A DNA stretch of 64,000 nt from an uncultured Alphaproteobacteria bacterium (GTDB lineage: Bacteria > Pseudomonadota > Alphaproteobacteria > HIMB59 > GCA-002718135), in assembly GCA_902614085.1 (NCBI GenBank), contig CACMJS010000002.1, forward strand, positions 234,268 through 298,267, written 5' to 3'. The number at the start of each line of letters is the position of its first letter. Within the stretch, counting starts at the first letter, position 1. Below the pieces are notes generated by a model. That model was not told the origin of the DNA and made no database searches. It saw only the letters and a program-made list of their open reading frames with translations. The position numbers were made by a program, and so were the translations under genes. Positions 1 to 8,995 of the stretch are shown in pieces.

Positions 1-1418
1 GCAATAGATATTCTCTGCCTTTGCCCTCCTGAAAATTCATGCGGGTATCGATCTAGAGATTGTCTGGTCATTCCCACAATATCTATTAGGTCATAAACAT
101 TTTGTAAAAGATCATTATTGCTAATATTTTTTTGAAAAAATTTAATTGGTTCTGCAATAATATCCTTAACTTTGAAACGAGGATTTAGAGATGAGTAAGG
201 ATCTTGAAAAATCATTTGAATTTGACCTCTACTATTATGGATTTGATATTTTTTATTTGAATTATATAGAGGTTCATTATTATAAATTAAATTACCTTTA
301 TTAGGACTAATTAATCCAGTAATAATTTTTGCAATAGTTGATTTACCTGAACCAGACTCTCCAACTAATCCAAGTGTCTCACCTTCGAATAATTCAAAAG
401 ATACATTGTCGACAGCTTTAACTATTTTATCATTCGAACTTTTATTAGAAATAAATGAAAAACCACTACCTAAAGAATTATCATCAAAAACTTTTGTCAC
501 TTCCTCAAGTTTTAATAATTTTTGATTTTTATTTTCCCTTATACCCCATGTTTTAATAATATTTTTAGTCAAATCCTTGGAACTAGATGTTATTTCCTTA
601 CCATCGGGGCTAATCAATTTAAATCTATCAATTTTCTTATTTGTTGGTGGTACTGAAATTACTAAGCTTCTTGCTTCTGTTGATTTTGGATTTGTTAATA
701 ATTCTTTAGTCTCACCTTGTTCAACAATATGTCCGTATCTCATGACAATAACTTTATCAGTAGTCTCTGCTATGACTCCCATATCATGCGTAATAATTAT
801 AACACCAAGATTTCTTTTCTTTGTAAGATCTTTAAGAAGTTCTAATATTTGATATTGAATACTTACATCTAAAGCTGTTGTTGGTTCATCTGCAATTATT
901 AAGTCAGGTTCACAACTTATTGCTAAAGCTATAACAACTCTTTGACGCATACCGCCACTAAATTGGTGTGGATAGTCTTCAATTCTTTTTTCAGCGTTCT
1001 CTATTCCAACCTCTTTAAGTAGTTGAATTGATTTTTTAAGTGAATCTTGATAACTTAAATTTAAATGAGCCTGAATAGTTTCAATTAATTGATCTTTTAT
1101 TTTAAATAGAGGGTTTAATGAAGTTTGAGGGTCTTGAAAGACAAATCCTATTTTTTTTCCTCTAATATTTTGAATTATTTCTTCATTACTTCTTAATTCA
1201 ATATTGTCTATTTTTATTGAGCCATCTGTGATTTCACCTGGAGGATCAATCAAGTTAATTATCGCATTTGCAATTGTAGATTTTCCAGATCCAGACTCAC
1301 CAACAATTCCTAATATTTCGCCTCTTTCTAAAGAAAATTCTACATTTTTGCTTGCAACAATAGTTTCCTTACGTGTTGGATAACTTATGTTTAAATTTTT
1401 TACTTCTAAAAAACTCAT
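1..1418 (-). CDS. ABC transporter ATP-binding protein with two fused ATPase domains (Dpp/Opp peptide-nickel type); 3' end lies beyond the window start
   Basis: The open frame runs off the window, so it is absent from the ORF track. Hand translation from ATG at 1416-1418 gives MSFLEVKNLNISYPTRKE...GIVGESGSGKST (Walker A). A second in-frame Walker A (VGESGSGKST) is encoded at about 339-365. An FSGGQRQR signature is encoded at about 10-35. I checked the linker at 480-560 and it is open in the same frame. The start overlaps the permease stop (ATGA). Confidence 0.85.
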   Translation of the reverse strand, partial: MSFLEVKNLNISYPTRKETIVASKNVEFSLERGEILGIVGESGSGKSTIANAIINLIDPPGEITDGSIKIDNIELRSNEEIIQNIRGKKIGFVFQDPQTSLNPLFKIKDQLIETIQAHLNLSYQDSLKKSIQLLKEVGIENAEKRIEDYPHQFSGGMRQRVVIALAISCEPDLIIADEPTTALDVSIQYQILELLKDLTKKRNLGVIIITHDMGVIAETTDKVIVMRYGHIVEQGETKELLTNPKSTEARSLVISVPPTNKKIDRFKLISPDGKEITSSSKDLTKNIIKTWGIRENKNQKLLKLEEVTKVFDDNSLGSGFSFISNKSSNDKIVKAVDNVSFELFEGETLGLVGESGSGKSTIAKIITGLISPNKGNLIYNNEPLYNSNKKYQIHNSRGQIQMIFQDPYSSLNPRFKVKDIIAEPIKFFQKNISNNDLLQNVYDLIDIVGMTRQSLDRYPHEFSGGQRQRISI

Positions 1419-2338
1419 CTCTTTTTTAATTTTGGATTTAAAGCATCTCTCATCCAATCCCCTAATAAATTAATTGATAATGCTAAAACAATTAAGAAAA
1501 TTGCTGGAAAAAAAGTAATCCACCACTCTCCTGAAAATAAAAAATTATTTCCAAACCTTATTAGAGTCCCAAGAGAAGGTGTTGTTGGTGGAACGCCAAC
1601 ACCTAAAAAACTTAAGGTGGACTCTGTAATAATTGCAAGTGCTAATCCGATTGTAGCAATTACTAATATAGGCCGAAGTATATTTGGTAAAATATGCTTA
1701 AACATAATTAATATATTTGATAATCCAATAATTCTTGAAGCTGAGACATACTCTTTATTTTTTTCAACTAAGGTTGATGCTCTCGATACTCTTGCAAACT
1801 GAGGCCATTCTGAAATACCAATGGCGAAAATCAAAACATAAATTGCCATTTCGTCATGCATTGATTGTGAGATAATTGCTCTTGCAATACCATCAACAAG
1901 TAAAGCCATTAAAATACTTGGAATAGTTAACTGCACATCTGTAAGACGCATTACAATAATCTCATACCTACCACCAATATATCCAGCTGTTATTCCAAGA
2001 AAAACTCCAAGTATCATTGCAAAAATTATAGATGCAAAACCAACGATCAATGAAATTCTTGAACCATAAATCATTGTTGAAAACATATCTCTTCCTTGCT
2101 GATCAGTTCCTAATATGAAGCTAAAACTTCCTCCCTCCGACCATACTGGTGGGGTAAAGGCATCCATTAAAGAAACTGATGCTGGATCAAAAGGATTATA
2201 AGGTGCAACTATCCCAGCAAATACAGAACAAAAAAGTATAATAAAAAATATTGTTGAAGAAATTACTGCTAATTTAGAATTAAAGAAACTGTATCCAATA
2301 TCAGTATCGTATATTTTATTGTACGTTTTAAGTAGCAT
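1415..2338 (-). CDS. ABC peptide-type transporter permease (DppC/OppC-like)
   Basis: 307-aa multi-TM protein carrying the BPD_transp_1-type EAA loop region (SASRIIGLSNILIMFKHILPN). It sits between a DppB-like permease and the fused ATPase. Confidence 0.85.
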   Translation of the reverse strand: MLLKTYNKIYDTDIGYSFFNSKLAVISSTIFFIILFCSVFAGIVAPYNPFDPASVSLMDAFTPPVWSEGGSFSFILGTDQQGRDMFSTMIYGSRISLIVGFASIIFAMILGVFLGITAGYIGGRYEIIVMRLTDVQLTIPSILMALLVDGIARAIISQSMHDEMAIYVLIFAIGISEWPQFARVSRASTLVEKNKEYVSASRIIGLSNILIMFKHILPNILRPILVIATIGLALAIITESTLSFLGVGVPPTTPSLGTLIRFGNNFLFSGEWWITFFPAIFLIVLALSINLLGDWMRDALNPKLKKR

Positions 2339-2339
2339 T

Positions 2340-3317
2340 TTAACTACCCTCTTCCTTCAGCCTAATTCTAGGATCAATAAAATAGTATGTGATATCTACA
2401 ATAAAATTTATCATAACAAATATAAAAGCTACCATAATCATGTATGCTGACATAATTGGAATATCGACAAAGTATACTGCTTTGATAAATAATGACCCCA
2501 TGCCTGGCCATTGAAAAACTGTTTCTGTAATAATTGAAAAAGCAATTAACGTTCCAATGTTAATACCTGTAATAGTAATAACTGGAATTAATCCATTTTT
2601 TAGCGCATGCTTATAATTAATAACACTCCTTTTTATACCTCTTGCTTTTGCAAATTTAATATAATCTGTTTGTAAAATTTCCATCATTTCAGCGCGGACT
2701 AATCTAATAACATAGGTCATTTGAAATAAACTTAACGTAACTGATGGGAGTATCAGTGCTTTTAAACCAGAAATAGTTAAAAATCCTGTACTCCAAAAAC
2801 CTAATTGTGTGACTTCACCTCTTCCAAAGGATGGAAGAACTCCTAAAATTACTGAAAACAAATAAATTAACATTATTCCTATAATGAATGTAGGTAATGA
2901 AACCCCTGCTAGAGAAATCACAAGAATAATATTAGAAATAAAACTGTCTCTGTAAATACCAGTATATACACCCAAGATAACACCGCTGATGATTGCAATT
3001 AGAGCGGAGACGAAAACTAATTCTAAAGTTGCAGGCATTCTTTCTGCAATTAAGTCTGAAACTTCTCTTTTTAATTGGTATGATATTCCAAAATCACCTT
3101 GAATTACATTTCCTATAAAACGTGAAAATTGAACGTAAACAGGATCATTTAAACCCAATACTTCTCTAACCTCTGCACGTCTTTCATCTGAAGCATCTTC
3201 TCCAGTCATACTATTTACTGGATCACCAACAAAATTAAATAAGGAAAATGAAACAAAAGCTACAACAATCATTACAAGAATAGATTGAAAGAGTCTTTTA
3301 AAGAAATAGCTAAACAT
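2340..3317 (-). CDS. ABC peptide-type transporter permease (DppB/OppB-like)
   Basis: 325 aa. N-terminus MFSYFFKRLFQSILVMIVV and the FAKARGIKRSVINYKHALKN motif are typical of DppB/OppB. Confidence 0.85.
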   Translation of the reverse strand: MFSYFFKRLFQSILVMIVVAFVSFSLFNFVGDPVNSMTGEDASDERRAEVREVLGLNDPVYVQFSRFIGNVIQGDFGISYQLKREVSDLIAERMPATLELVFVSALIAIISGVILGVYTGIYRDSFISNIILVISLAGVSLPTFIIGIMLIYLFSVILGVLPSFGRGEVTQLGFWSTGFLTISGLKALILPSVTLSLFQMTYVIRLVRAEMMEILQTDYIKFAKARGIKRSVINYKHALKNGLIPVITITGINIGTLIAFSIITETVFQWPGMGSLFIKAVYFVDIPIMSAYMIMVAFIFVMINFIVDITYYFIDPRIRLKEEGS

Positions 3318-3324
3318 GGTTTAA

Positions 3325-3350
3325 TTTCTGGCCAGATTACTGGCCAGAAA
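3325..3350 (-). promoter_or_regulatory. Intercistronic GC-rich stem-loop between the SBP gene and the first permease gene
   Basis: Perfect inverted repeat tttctggccag / atta / ctggccagaaa (11-bp stem, 4-nt loop). No clear T-tract follows it on the minus strand. Confidence 0.6.
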
Positions 3351-3362
3351 ATATAAAAATTA

Positions 3363-4937
3363 TTAGTTTACGTTTGCAAATCTAAATAATGGCTCGTTGT
3401 TCATTCTAATTGGAACATCGACATTACTTTTTGATGCTTGGTTAACAACTTGGTGATGTAAAGGAAGATATGTTACATCATCTTGAGTAATATCCCAAGC
3501 TTCAGCAATCATAGCATTTCTTTTATCTTGATCTGTTTCAACACCCATTGCCGCTACTAACTCATCAACTCTAGCATTACTGAAATTAACTTTATTCCAG
3601 CTACCAGCACTATCAAATAAGTACGAGTATACGTAATGACTATCAAAAGTTGGAACACCCCAACCTAACATGTACATGTCACTTGTCATACCGTTTGCGT
3701 CACCTTCTTTAACTTCTGAGAAGTGTTGACTTTTAGTTTTTGCATCAAGAGTTACATCAACTCCAATTTTAGCAAACATACCAATTGCAGCAACACAGAT
3801 TGCTTCATCGTTTATGTAACGATCATTTGGACAATCTAGTGTAACTTCAAATCCATCTGGATAACCAGCTTCTGCTAATAGTTTTTTTGATAGCTCTGGA
3901 TCATAAGGTAATCTTTCATCACGTGCAGCTGTATGACCATTTACACCAGGAGCAGTGATAATTCCTGCAGGAACACTTTGTCCTCTCATTACCTTATCCT
4001 TAATAGCTTCCATATCTAAAGCATGGTACATAGCTAAACGAACTCTTTTATCTGCAAAAGGATTTTTACCTTTGATATTAGATGAATTTAATTCAGCAGA
4101 ACCTTGATCCATTCCAAAAAATATTGTTCTATTTTGAGGAGTCATTTTTACACCATGTCCAGCAGAAGATTTGATTCTCTCAATATCTTGAACAGGAACA
4201 ACGTTTGTGTAGTCAATTTCTCCAGATAGAAGTGCTGCAACTCTTGTTGCATCATTTGCAATAGGAAGTAATTCAATAGTATCTACATTGAAAGTACTAT
4301 CATCACCCCACCAATCATTATTTTTTTCAAAAACAGTTCTTACGTCCTGTTCTCTAAAAGTAATTTTGAAAGGTCCAGTTCCGTTTGCATTAGAAGCACA
4401 ATAAGATGTTTCACCTGCATCCCAGTTGTATGAAACTTCACAACCATTTGCTTTTGCCCAATCTTCAGACATAACAAATATCTGAGTTAATTGATTTAAA
4501 AGAATTGGATTTGGTCCATCTGTTACAATCTGAACTGTGTGATCAGTTAATGCTGATGCTGATTTAATGCTTTTAATTAAATCTACCATATCAGATGGAG
4601 CAGTTTTTGCTCTATTGATACTAAAAGCAATATCACTAGCTGTTAAATCTGATCCATCATGAAATTTTACACCCTTACGAATTGTAAATATCCAAGTGTC
4701 ATCAGCAGTTGTTTTCCATGATTCAGCAAGCTGAGGAAGTATTTCCATATTAATACCTGGAGTTACTAAACCTTCATATACTTGACGCGAAACCATGTGA
4801 GTTGGTCCTTCGTTTTGTGCATGCGGATCAAGAGTTAAAGAGTCACCAGGCATTGACCATTTAATAGTGTTTGCAAATGCTGGTGAGAAAATACCCATGA
4901 AAAGCAAAGACAAAACAATGCTTAAAGTCTTTTTCAT
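3363..4937 (-). CDS. ABC transporter substrate-binding protein, family 5 (DppA/OppA-like), secreted
   Basis: SBP_bac_5-like sequence. I chose the internal start MKKTLSIVLSLLFMGIFSPAFA because it is a signal peptide preceded by GGAGGA (cat at 4935-4937). Confidence 0.85.
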   Translation of the reverse strand: MKKTLSIVLSLLFMGIFSPAFANTIKWSMPGDSLTLDPHAQNEGPTHMVSRQVYEGLVTPGINMEILPQLAESWKTTADDTWIFTIRKGVKFHDGSDLTASDIAFSINRAKTAPSDMVDLIKSIKSASALTDHTVQIVTDGPNPILLNQLTQIFVMSEDWAKANGCEVSYNWDAGETSYCASNANGTGPFKITFREQDVRTVFEKNNDWWGDDSTFNVDTIELLPIANDATRVAALLSGEIDYTNVVPVQDIERIKSSAGHGVKMTPQNRTIFFGMDQGSAELNSSNIKGKNPFADKRVRLAMYHALDMEAIKDKVMRGQSVPAGIITAPGVNGHTAARDERLPYDPELSKKLLAEAGYPDGFEVTLDCPNDRYINDEAICVAAIGMFAKIGVDVTLDAKTKSQHFSEVKEGDANGMTSDMYMLGWGVPTFDSHYVYSYLFDSAGSWNKVNFSNARVDELVAAMGVETDQDKRNAMIAEAWDITQDDVTYLPLHHQVVNQASKSNVDVPIRMNNEPLFRFANVN

Positions 4938-4999
4938 ATTATTTCCTCCATAGAAAAATTTGATGGTAGACCCATACAACTTCAATGGAAATATTCAAT

Positions 5000-5049
5000 A
5001 TTATTAGTATTAATAAGTGCTATATTTTGTCATAATTATTAGTATTAAT
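5000..5049. repeat. Two copies of a 15-bp direct repeat (attattagtattaat) 35 bp apart in a divergent promoter region
   Basis: Identical 15-mers at 5000-5014 and 5035-5049, between the SBP start (4937) and the nth start (5081). Confidence 0.7.
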
Positions 5050-5080
5050 TTAGACATACCCTTGGAGGAGGCTTGATATA

Positions 5081-5731
5081 GTGAAAAAAATAGAGAAGGC
5101 ACAAGAGATCTCTAGAATACTAAATCGTATATACAGAAAAGTACCTATTCCTCTTAACCACAAAAATAAATTTGAATTAGTTGTAGCTGTACTTCTTAGT
5201 GCTCAATGTACAGATGAAAGAGTTAATCAAGTTACACCAATACTATTTAAAAAAGCTAACACAGCTATAAAAATGACAAAAGTGCCAAAAAAAACAATTT
5301 ATAATATTATTCGCCCTTGTGGTTTGGCACCTCAAAAATCAAAAGCAATTTTTGAACTATCAAGAATTCTTGTAAAAAAATTTAAAGGCAATGTTCCAGA
5401 AAGTTTTGAAGAATTAGAAAAGTTGCCAGGTGTTGGTCACAAAACAGCCAGTGTTGTTATGTCTCAAGGATTTGGTCATCCAGCATTTCCAGTTGATACA
5501 CACATTCATCGTTTAGCTCAACGTTGGGGTTTAACAAATGGTAAAAATGTTGTCCAAACAGAAAAAGATTTAAAATATCTTTTTCCAAAAAAATCTTGGA
5601 ACAAACTTCATTTACAAATAATATTTTATGGAAGAGAATTTTGTCAGGCAAGAAGTTGTTATGGTTTGGAGTGTGAAATATGCAAGGTTTGTAATCCAAA
5701 GAGAAAAACGCCTATTAAAACAAAAAAGTAG
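5081..5731 (+). CDS. nth: Endonuclease III (HhH-GPD base-excision glycosylase)
   Basis: LLSAQCTDERVNQVTP, the HhH motif LPGVGHKTASVVM, a catalytic-region VDTHIHR, and a C-terminal Cys cluster. GTG start preceded by GGAGGAGG. Confidence 0.9.
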   Translation: MKKIEKAQEISRILNRIYRKVPIPLNHKNKFELVVAVLLSAQCTDERVNQVTPILFKKANTAIKMTKVPKKTIYNIIRPCGLAPQKSKAIFELSRILVKKFKGNVPESFEELEKLPGVGHKTASVVMSQGFGHPAFPVDTHIHRLAQRWGLTNGKNVVQTEKDLKYLFPKKSWNKLHLQIIFYGREFCQARSCYGLECEICKVCNPKRKTPIKTKK

Positions 5732-5734
5732 TAA

Positions 5735-6154
5735 TTAAAAAGGCTGAAATACAACAAGTATAAGTATAAAAATCAATATTACTGCTGGCGCTTCATTTGT
5801 AATTCTAAAAAACTTAGTGGAGTATTTATTTTTATCATTTTTAAAATCATTAAGACATTTTAAACAAAAAAAATGATAGCCAGATAATAAAATTACAAAT
5901 AAAATTTTTAATAGCAACCAAGTATCAATACCCACATAATGTGTAAGTGTAAAACCTGATATCCATGTCACTATAAAAGCTGGAAACATAATAATTCTGT
6001 ACAATTTTCCTTCCATTAGTTTGAATGTTTCTGAGGTTTCTTTTGTAATTTCAGGATTAGCATGATTTACAAACAAACGTGGCAGATATAAAAGTCCAGC
6101 CATCCAAGCTATGATACTAAAAATATGAATAACTTTCAGCGTATTATATAACAT
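5735..6154 (-). CDS. hemJ: Protoporphyrinogen IX oxidase, HemJ type (membrane protein)
   Basis: 139 aa with 4 TM segments. Motifs LKVIHIFSIIAWMAGLLYLPRLFVNHA ... NEAPAVILIFILILVVFQPF match my recollection of the HemJ family. The heme-gene context supports the call. Confidence 0.8.
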   Translation of the reverse strand: MLYNTLKVIHIFSIIAWMAGLLYLPRLFVNHANPEITKETSETFKLMEGKLYRIIMFPAFIVTWISGFTLTHYVGIDTWLLLKILFVILLSGYHFFCLKCLNDFKNDKNKYSTKFFRITNEAPAVILIFILILVVFQPF

Positions 6155-6157
6155 TAT

Positions 6158-6967
6158 TTATTCCCATACCGCGTGAGGAGGCATTGACATTAATATAGCA
6201 TCAACATTCCCACCAGTCTCTAGACCAAATTTTGTACCTCTATCATATAATAAGTTAAATTCAGCATAGCGACTACGCTTAACTAATTGTATCTTTTTTT
6301 CCTCTTCATTCCACTCCTCATCCTTAAGTGCAATTAAAGTATTTTTGATAAACTGATGAAAATAAGTACCTACGCCTTGGACAAATTCAAAATCTTTTCC
6401 CCAATCACCAGTTTGAAGGTAATCAAAAAATATTCCTCCAATACCTCTTGGTTCGTTTCTATGTTTAAGAAAAAAATAGTCATCACACCATTTTTTAAAT
6501 TTAGGATAATATGATTTATCATACTTATTACACAAAACTTCTAAACCACGATGATATTTTTTCTCATCCTCAAATATTACACATGGTGTAATATCCATGC
6601 CTCCACCAAACCATTCCTGAGTGGTTTTAATAAATCTTGTATTAAAATGCATAGAAGGAATTTTAGGTGAAACAGGATGTAATACAACACTGATGCCGGT
6701 TGCATTATAATTTGGATCTTCTTTAGCACCCGGAATAGCATCTCTCATATTTTCGTTAAATGTCCCAGAGACGGTAGAAATATTTACTCCACCTTTTTCA
6801 ATAATATTACCCTTAATTTTACTCATTTTACCACCACCATCACCTTTGTGATCCCAGTTACTTATTTCAAATTGATTTTCATCAATGTTTTGAATAGTTT
6901 CAACTAAGTTATCTCGTAATTTTTCAAACCATTCTTTTGCAGTATTAAATTTGGGATCAGCAATCAT
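6158..6967 (-). CDS. hemF: Oxygen-dependent coproporphyrinogen III oxidase
   Basis: HemF motifs: ISVVLHPVSPKIPSMHFNTRF, WFGGGMDITP, RNEPRGIGGIFFDY. I preferred the ATG at 6965-6967, which overlaps the hemH stop (ATGA), over the TTG at 6976. Confidence 0.9.
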   Translation of the reverse strand: MIADPKFNTAKEWFEKLRDNLVETIQNIDENQFEISNWDHKGDGGGKMSKIKGNIIEKGGVNISTVSGTFNENMRDAIPGAKEDPNYNATGISVVLHPVSPKIPSMHFNTRFIKTTQEWFGGGMDITPCVIFEDEKKYHRGLEVLCNKYDKSYYPKFKKWCDDYFFLKHRNEPRGIGGIFFDYLQTGDWGKDFEFVQGVGTYFHQFIKNTLIALKDEEWNEEEKKIQLVKRSRYAEFNLLYDRGTKFGLETGGNVDAILMSMPPHAVWE

Positions 6968-7989
6968 AATGGCCAACCTTGAGTATGTTTTTTTATCAGA
7001 TTTACAAAAACGTCTATGTGATCATCGTGATCATTCAAGCAAGGTATATAATGATAATTTTCTCCACCTGACTCCATAAAATATTCTTTATTTTCTTCTT
7101 CAAGTTCTTCAAGTGTTTCAAGACAATCACTACTGAAACCAGGAGATATTATATGTATATTTTTAATCCCTTGTTTTGGTAATTCTTTTAATGTTTCACT
7201 TGTATATGGCTTTAACCATTCCTCTCTTCCAAATCTACTTTGGAAAGTAGTCATTATCTCATCATCGGATAATCCCATATGTTCTTTAACAAGTCTTGTG
7301 GTTTTAAGACAAAAGCAATGATACGGATCACCATTAGTCAAATACCGTTTTGGTATACCATGATAACTAAAAATAATTTTTTGTGGTTTTGAAGTTTTTT
7401 TCCAAAATGATTTTATTGAATTTGACAATGCTTCAATATAATTTTTTTCTTCAAAGTACTGATTGATAAAACGCATTTCAGGTATCCAACGCCATTTTTG
7501 CAATACATTTGTTACTTCATCAAATGTACTACCTGTTGTTGCAGCACAATATTGCGGATACATAGGTAGAACTAATAATCTTCTTACTTGTTTTTTTTGA
7601 AGTTTTAACAAAGCATCTGGAATAGATGGATTGCCATAGCGCATCCCAACTTCAAAAACTATATTTTCATTTTTTGAAGAAAAAGATGATTGGATTTTAT
7701 TTAGTTGTCTGTTTGCTATATCTAAAAGTGGAGAACCCTTATCAGTCCAAATTTGTTTGTATGCTTCTGCTGACTTTGATGGTCTTATTTGTAAAATTAC
7801 TAGCTTCAATATAATTTGCCATAAGATTTTAGGCAATTCGATTACTCTAGGATCTGATAAAAATTGATTAAGATAAACTTTTAGTTCTTTTTTATTTGGA
7901 GCATCTGGAGTGCCTAGGTTAGTAATTAAAACACCAATTTTTTCTTTACTACCGTGCTCATAATCTTTTTCACCTATATATTTAACCAT
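6964..7989 (-). CDS. hemH: Ferrochelatase
   Basis: GVLITNLGTPDAPN...YLNQFLSDPRVIELP, LPMYPQYCAATTGS and FSYHGIP are typical ferrochelatase motifs. Confidence 0.9.
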   Translation of the reverse strand: MVKYIGEKDYEHGSKEKIGVLITNLGTPDAPNKKELKVYLNQFLSDPRVIELPKILWQIILKLVILQIRPSKSAEAYKQIWTDKGSPLLDIANRQLNKIQSSFSSKNENIVFEVGMRYGNPSIPDALLKLQKKQVRRLLVLPMYPQYCAATTGSTFDEVTNVLQKWRWIPEMRFINQYFEEKNYIEALSNSIKSFWKKTSKPQKIIFSYHGIPKRYLTNGDPYHCFCLKTTRLVKEHMGLSDDEIMTTFQSRFGREEWLKPYTSETLKELPKQGIKNIHIISPGFSSDCLETLEELEEENKEYFMESGGENYHYIPCLNDHDDHIDVFVNLIKKHTQGWPL

Positions 7990-7994
7990 ATCTA

Positions 7995-8993
7995 TTAGCT
8001 AAATTCTTTTCTGATATTTTCTATAAATAAATGAACATTTTTTTCTGGAGTATTTTTGTTAATTCCATGTCCAAGGCCACAAATCCAACCGTTAAGATTT
8101 TCAATTGATTTCATTTTTTCAATAAAATCTTTTAAATCATTAAGAAATGTATCTGATTCACTCAACATTAATTGTTCATTGAAATTACCCTGAATAAATC
8201 CATGTTTTTGATTTTTAAACATAGATATTAGATCTATTGTGTGATCATAACCAAAACCAGCAAAGGGAAAACTGATGATAGAATTTAGATCTGTTAAACT
8301 TTTACCTCTTGAATAAAAGCCAACTTTATTTGGAAAAGAAATTGCAATCTCTTCCAAAAATTTGGAATAAATTTCATGAAAATTTATTTTATCTAAATCA
8401 TACAAGGAACTATCAAAAATCATGACAAGTTCAACACCTGCATCTAATTGTAATTGAATATTTTTCTTTAGAAGGGGTAAGAGAATTTTTGAAATAAATT
8501 CTAAATTCATTTTAGTGTCGATTAAATCAGAGTTATTATTTCCAAATGCATATTTTGATAATGTCCAAGGTCCGCCAACAAATCCAATTAAACTTTTATT
8601 ATTTGGCAATTTCTCTTTTGTTATTTTTATAGCTTCAAATTGAAATTGCATATACTCAATGCCGCGATCAATATTACTATAATCATTAATGTTTTCTGAA
8701 TTTATATAAGAATTAAATTTAGGTCCTGGGTCAAACTTTAATTCTAAACCAAGTCCTTCTAAGATGAATAAAATATCACTGAATAAAATTGCAATATCGT
8801 AATCAAACTCTTGTATTGGACCAAAAGCAACTTCTGCGGCTAGATCTGGAGTTTTACATAGTTCTTCAAAAGTATATTTTTCTTTGAGCTTGCGATAATG
8901 CGAATGGTACCTTCCAGCCTGTCTCATAAACCAAATGGGTGGTGTTTTTTGAATATTTCTTTTGAGAGCATTTTCGAATAAAATATTTGTCAT
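7995..8993 (-). CDS. hemE: Uroporphyrinogen decarboxylase
   Basis: PPIWFMRQAGRY signature. I chose the start MTNILFENAL (cat at 8991-8993), just after the hemC stop. Confidence 0.9.
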   Translation of the reverse strand: MTNILFENALKRNIQKTPPIWFMRQAGRYHSHYRKLKEKYTFEELCKTPDLAAEVAFGPIQEFDYDIAILFSDILFILEGLGLELKFDPGPKFNSYINSENINDYSNIDRGIEYMQFQFEAIKITKEKLPNNKSLIGFVGGPWTLSKYAFGNNNSDLIDTKMNLEFISKILLPLLKKNIQLQLDAGVELVMIFDSSLYDLDKINFHEIYSKFLEEIAISFPNKVGFYSRGKSLTDLNSIISFPFAGFGYDHTIDLISMFKNQKHGFIQGNFNEQLMLSESDTFLNDLKDFIEKMKSIENLNGWICGLGHGINKNTPEKNVHLFIENIRKEFS

Positions 8994-8995
8994 TT

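Noticed and set aside
577-852. 91-aa plus-strand ORF in the track
   Set aside because: It lies entirely antisense to the well-supported fused ABC ATPase frame (Walker A and signature motifs on the minus strand). Its composition is low-complexity and hydrophobic, typical of antisense frames in AT-rich DNA.
3363-4985. Longer N-terminal extensions offered by the ORF track (also 43327-44451, 57406-58446, 18136-18417, 6158-6976, 7995-9023, 20115-20681)
   Set aside because: Internal ATG starts give proper signal peptides or family N-termini. They also remove long overlaps with the upstream genes, so I used the shorter coordinates.
5081-5731. Unusual Cys spacing at the Nth C-terminus (C-x4-C-x4-C-x2-C-x2-C instead of the C-x6-C-x2-C-x5-C I recall)
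   Set aside because: It is probably a subfamily variant of the [4Fe-4S] loop. I cannot verify the spacing distribution without an alignment, so I did not raise it as a finding.
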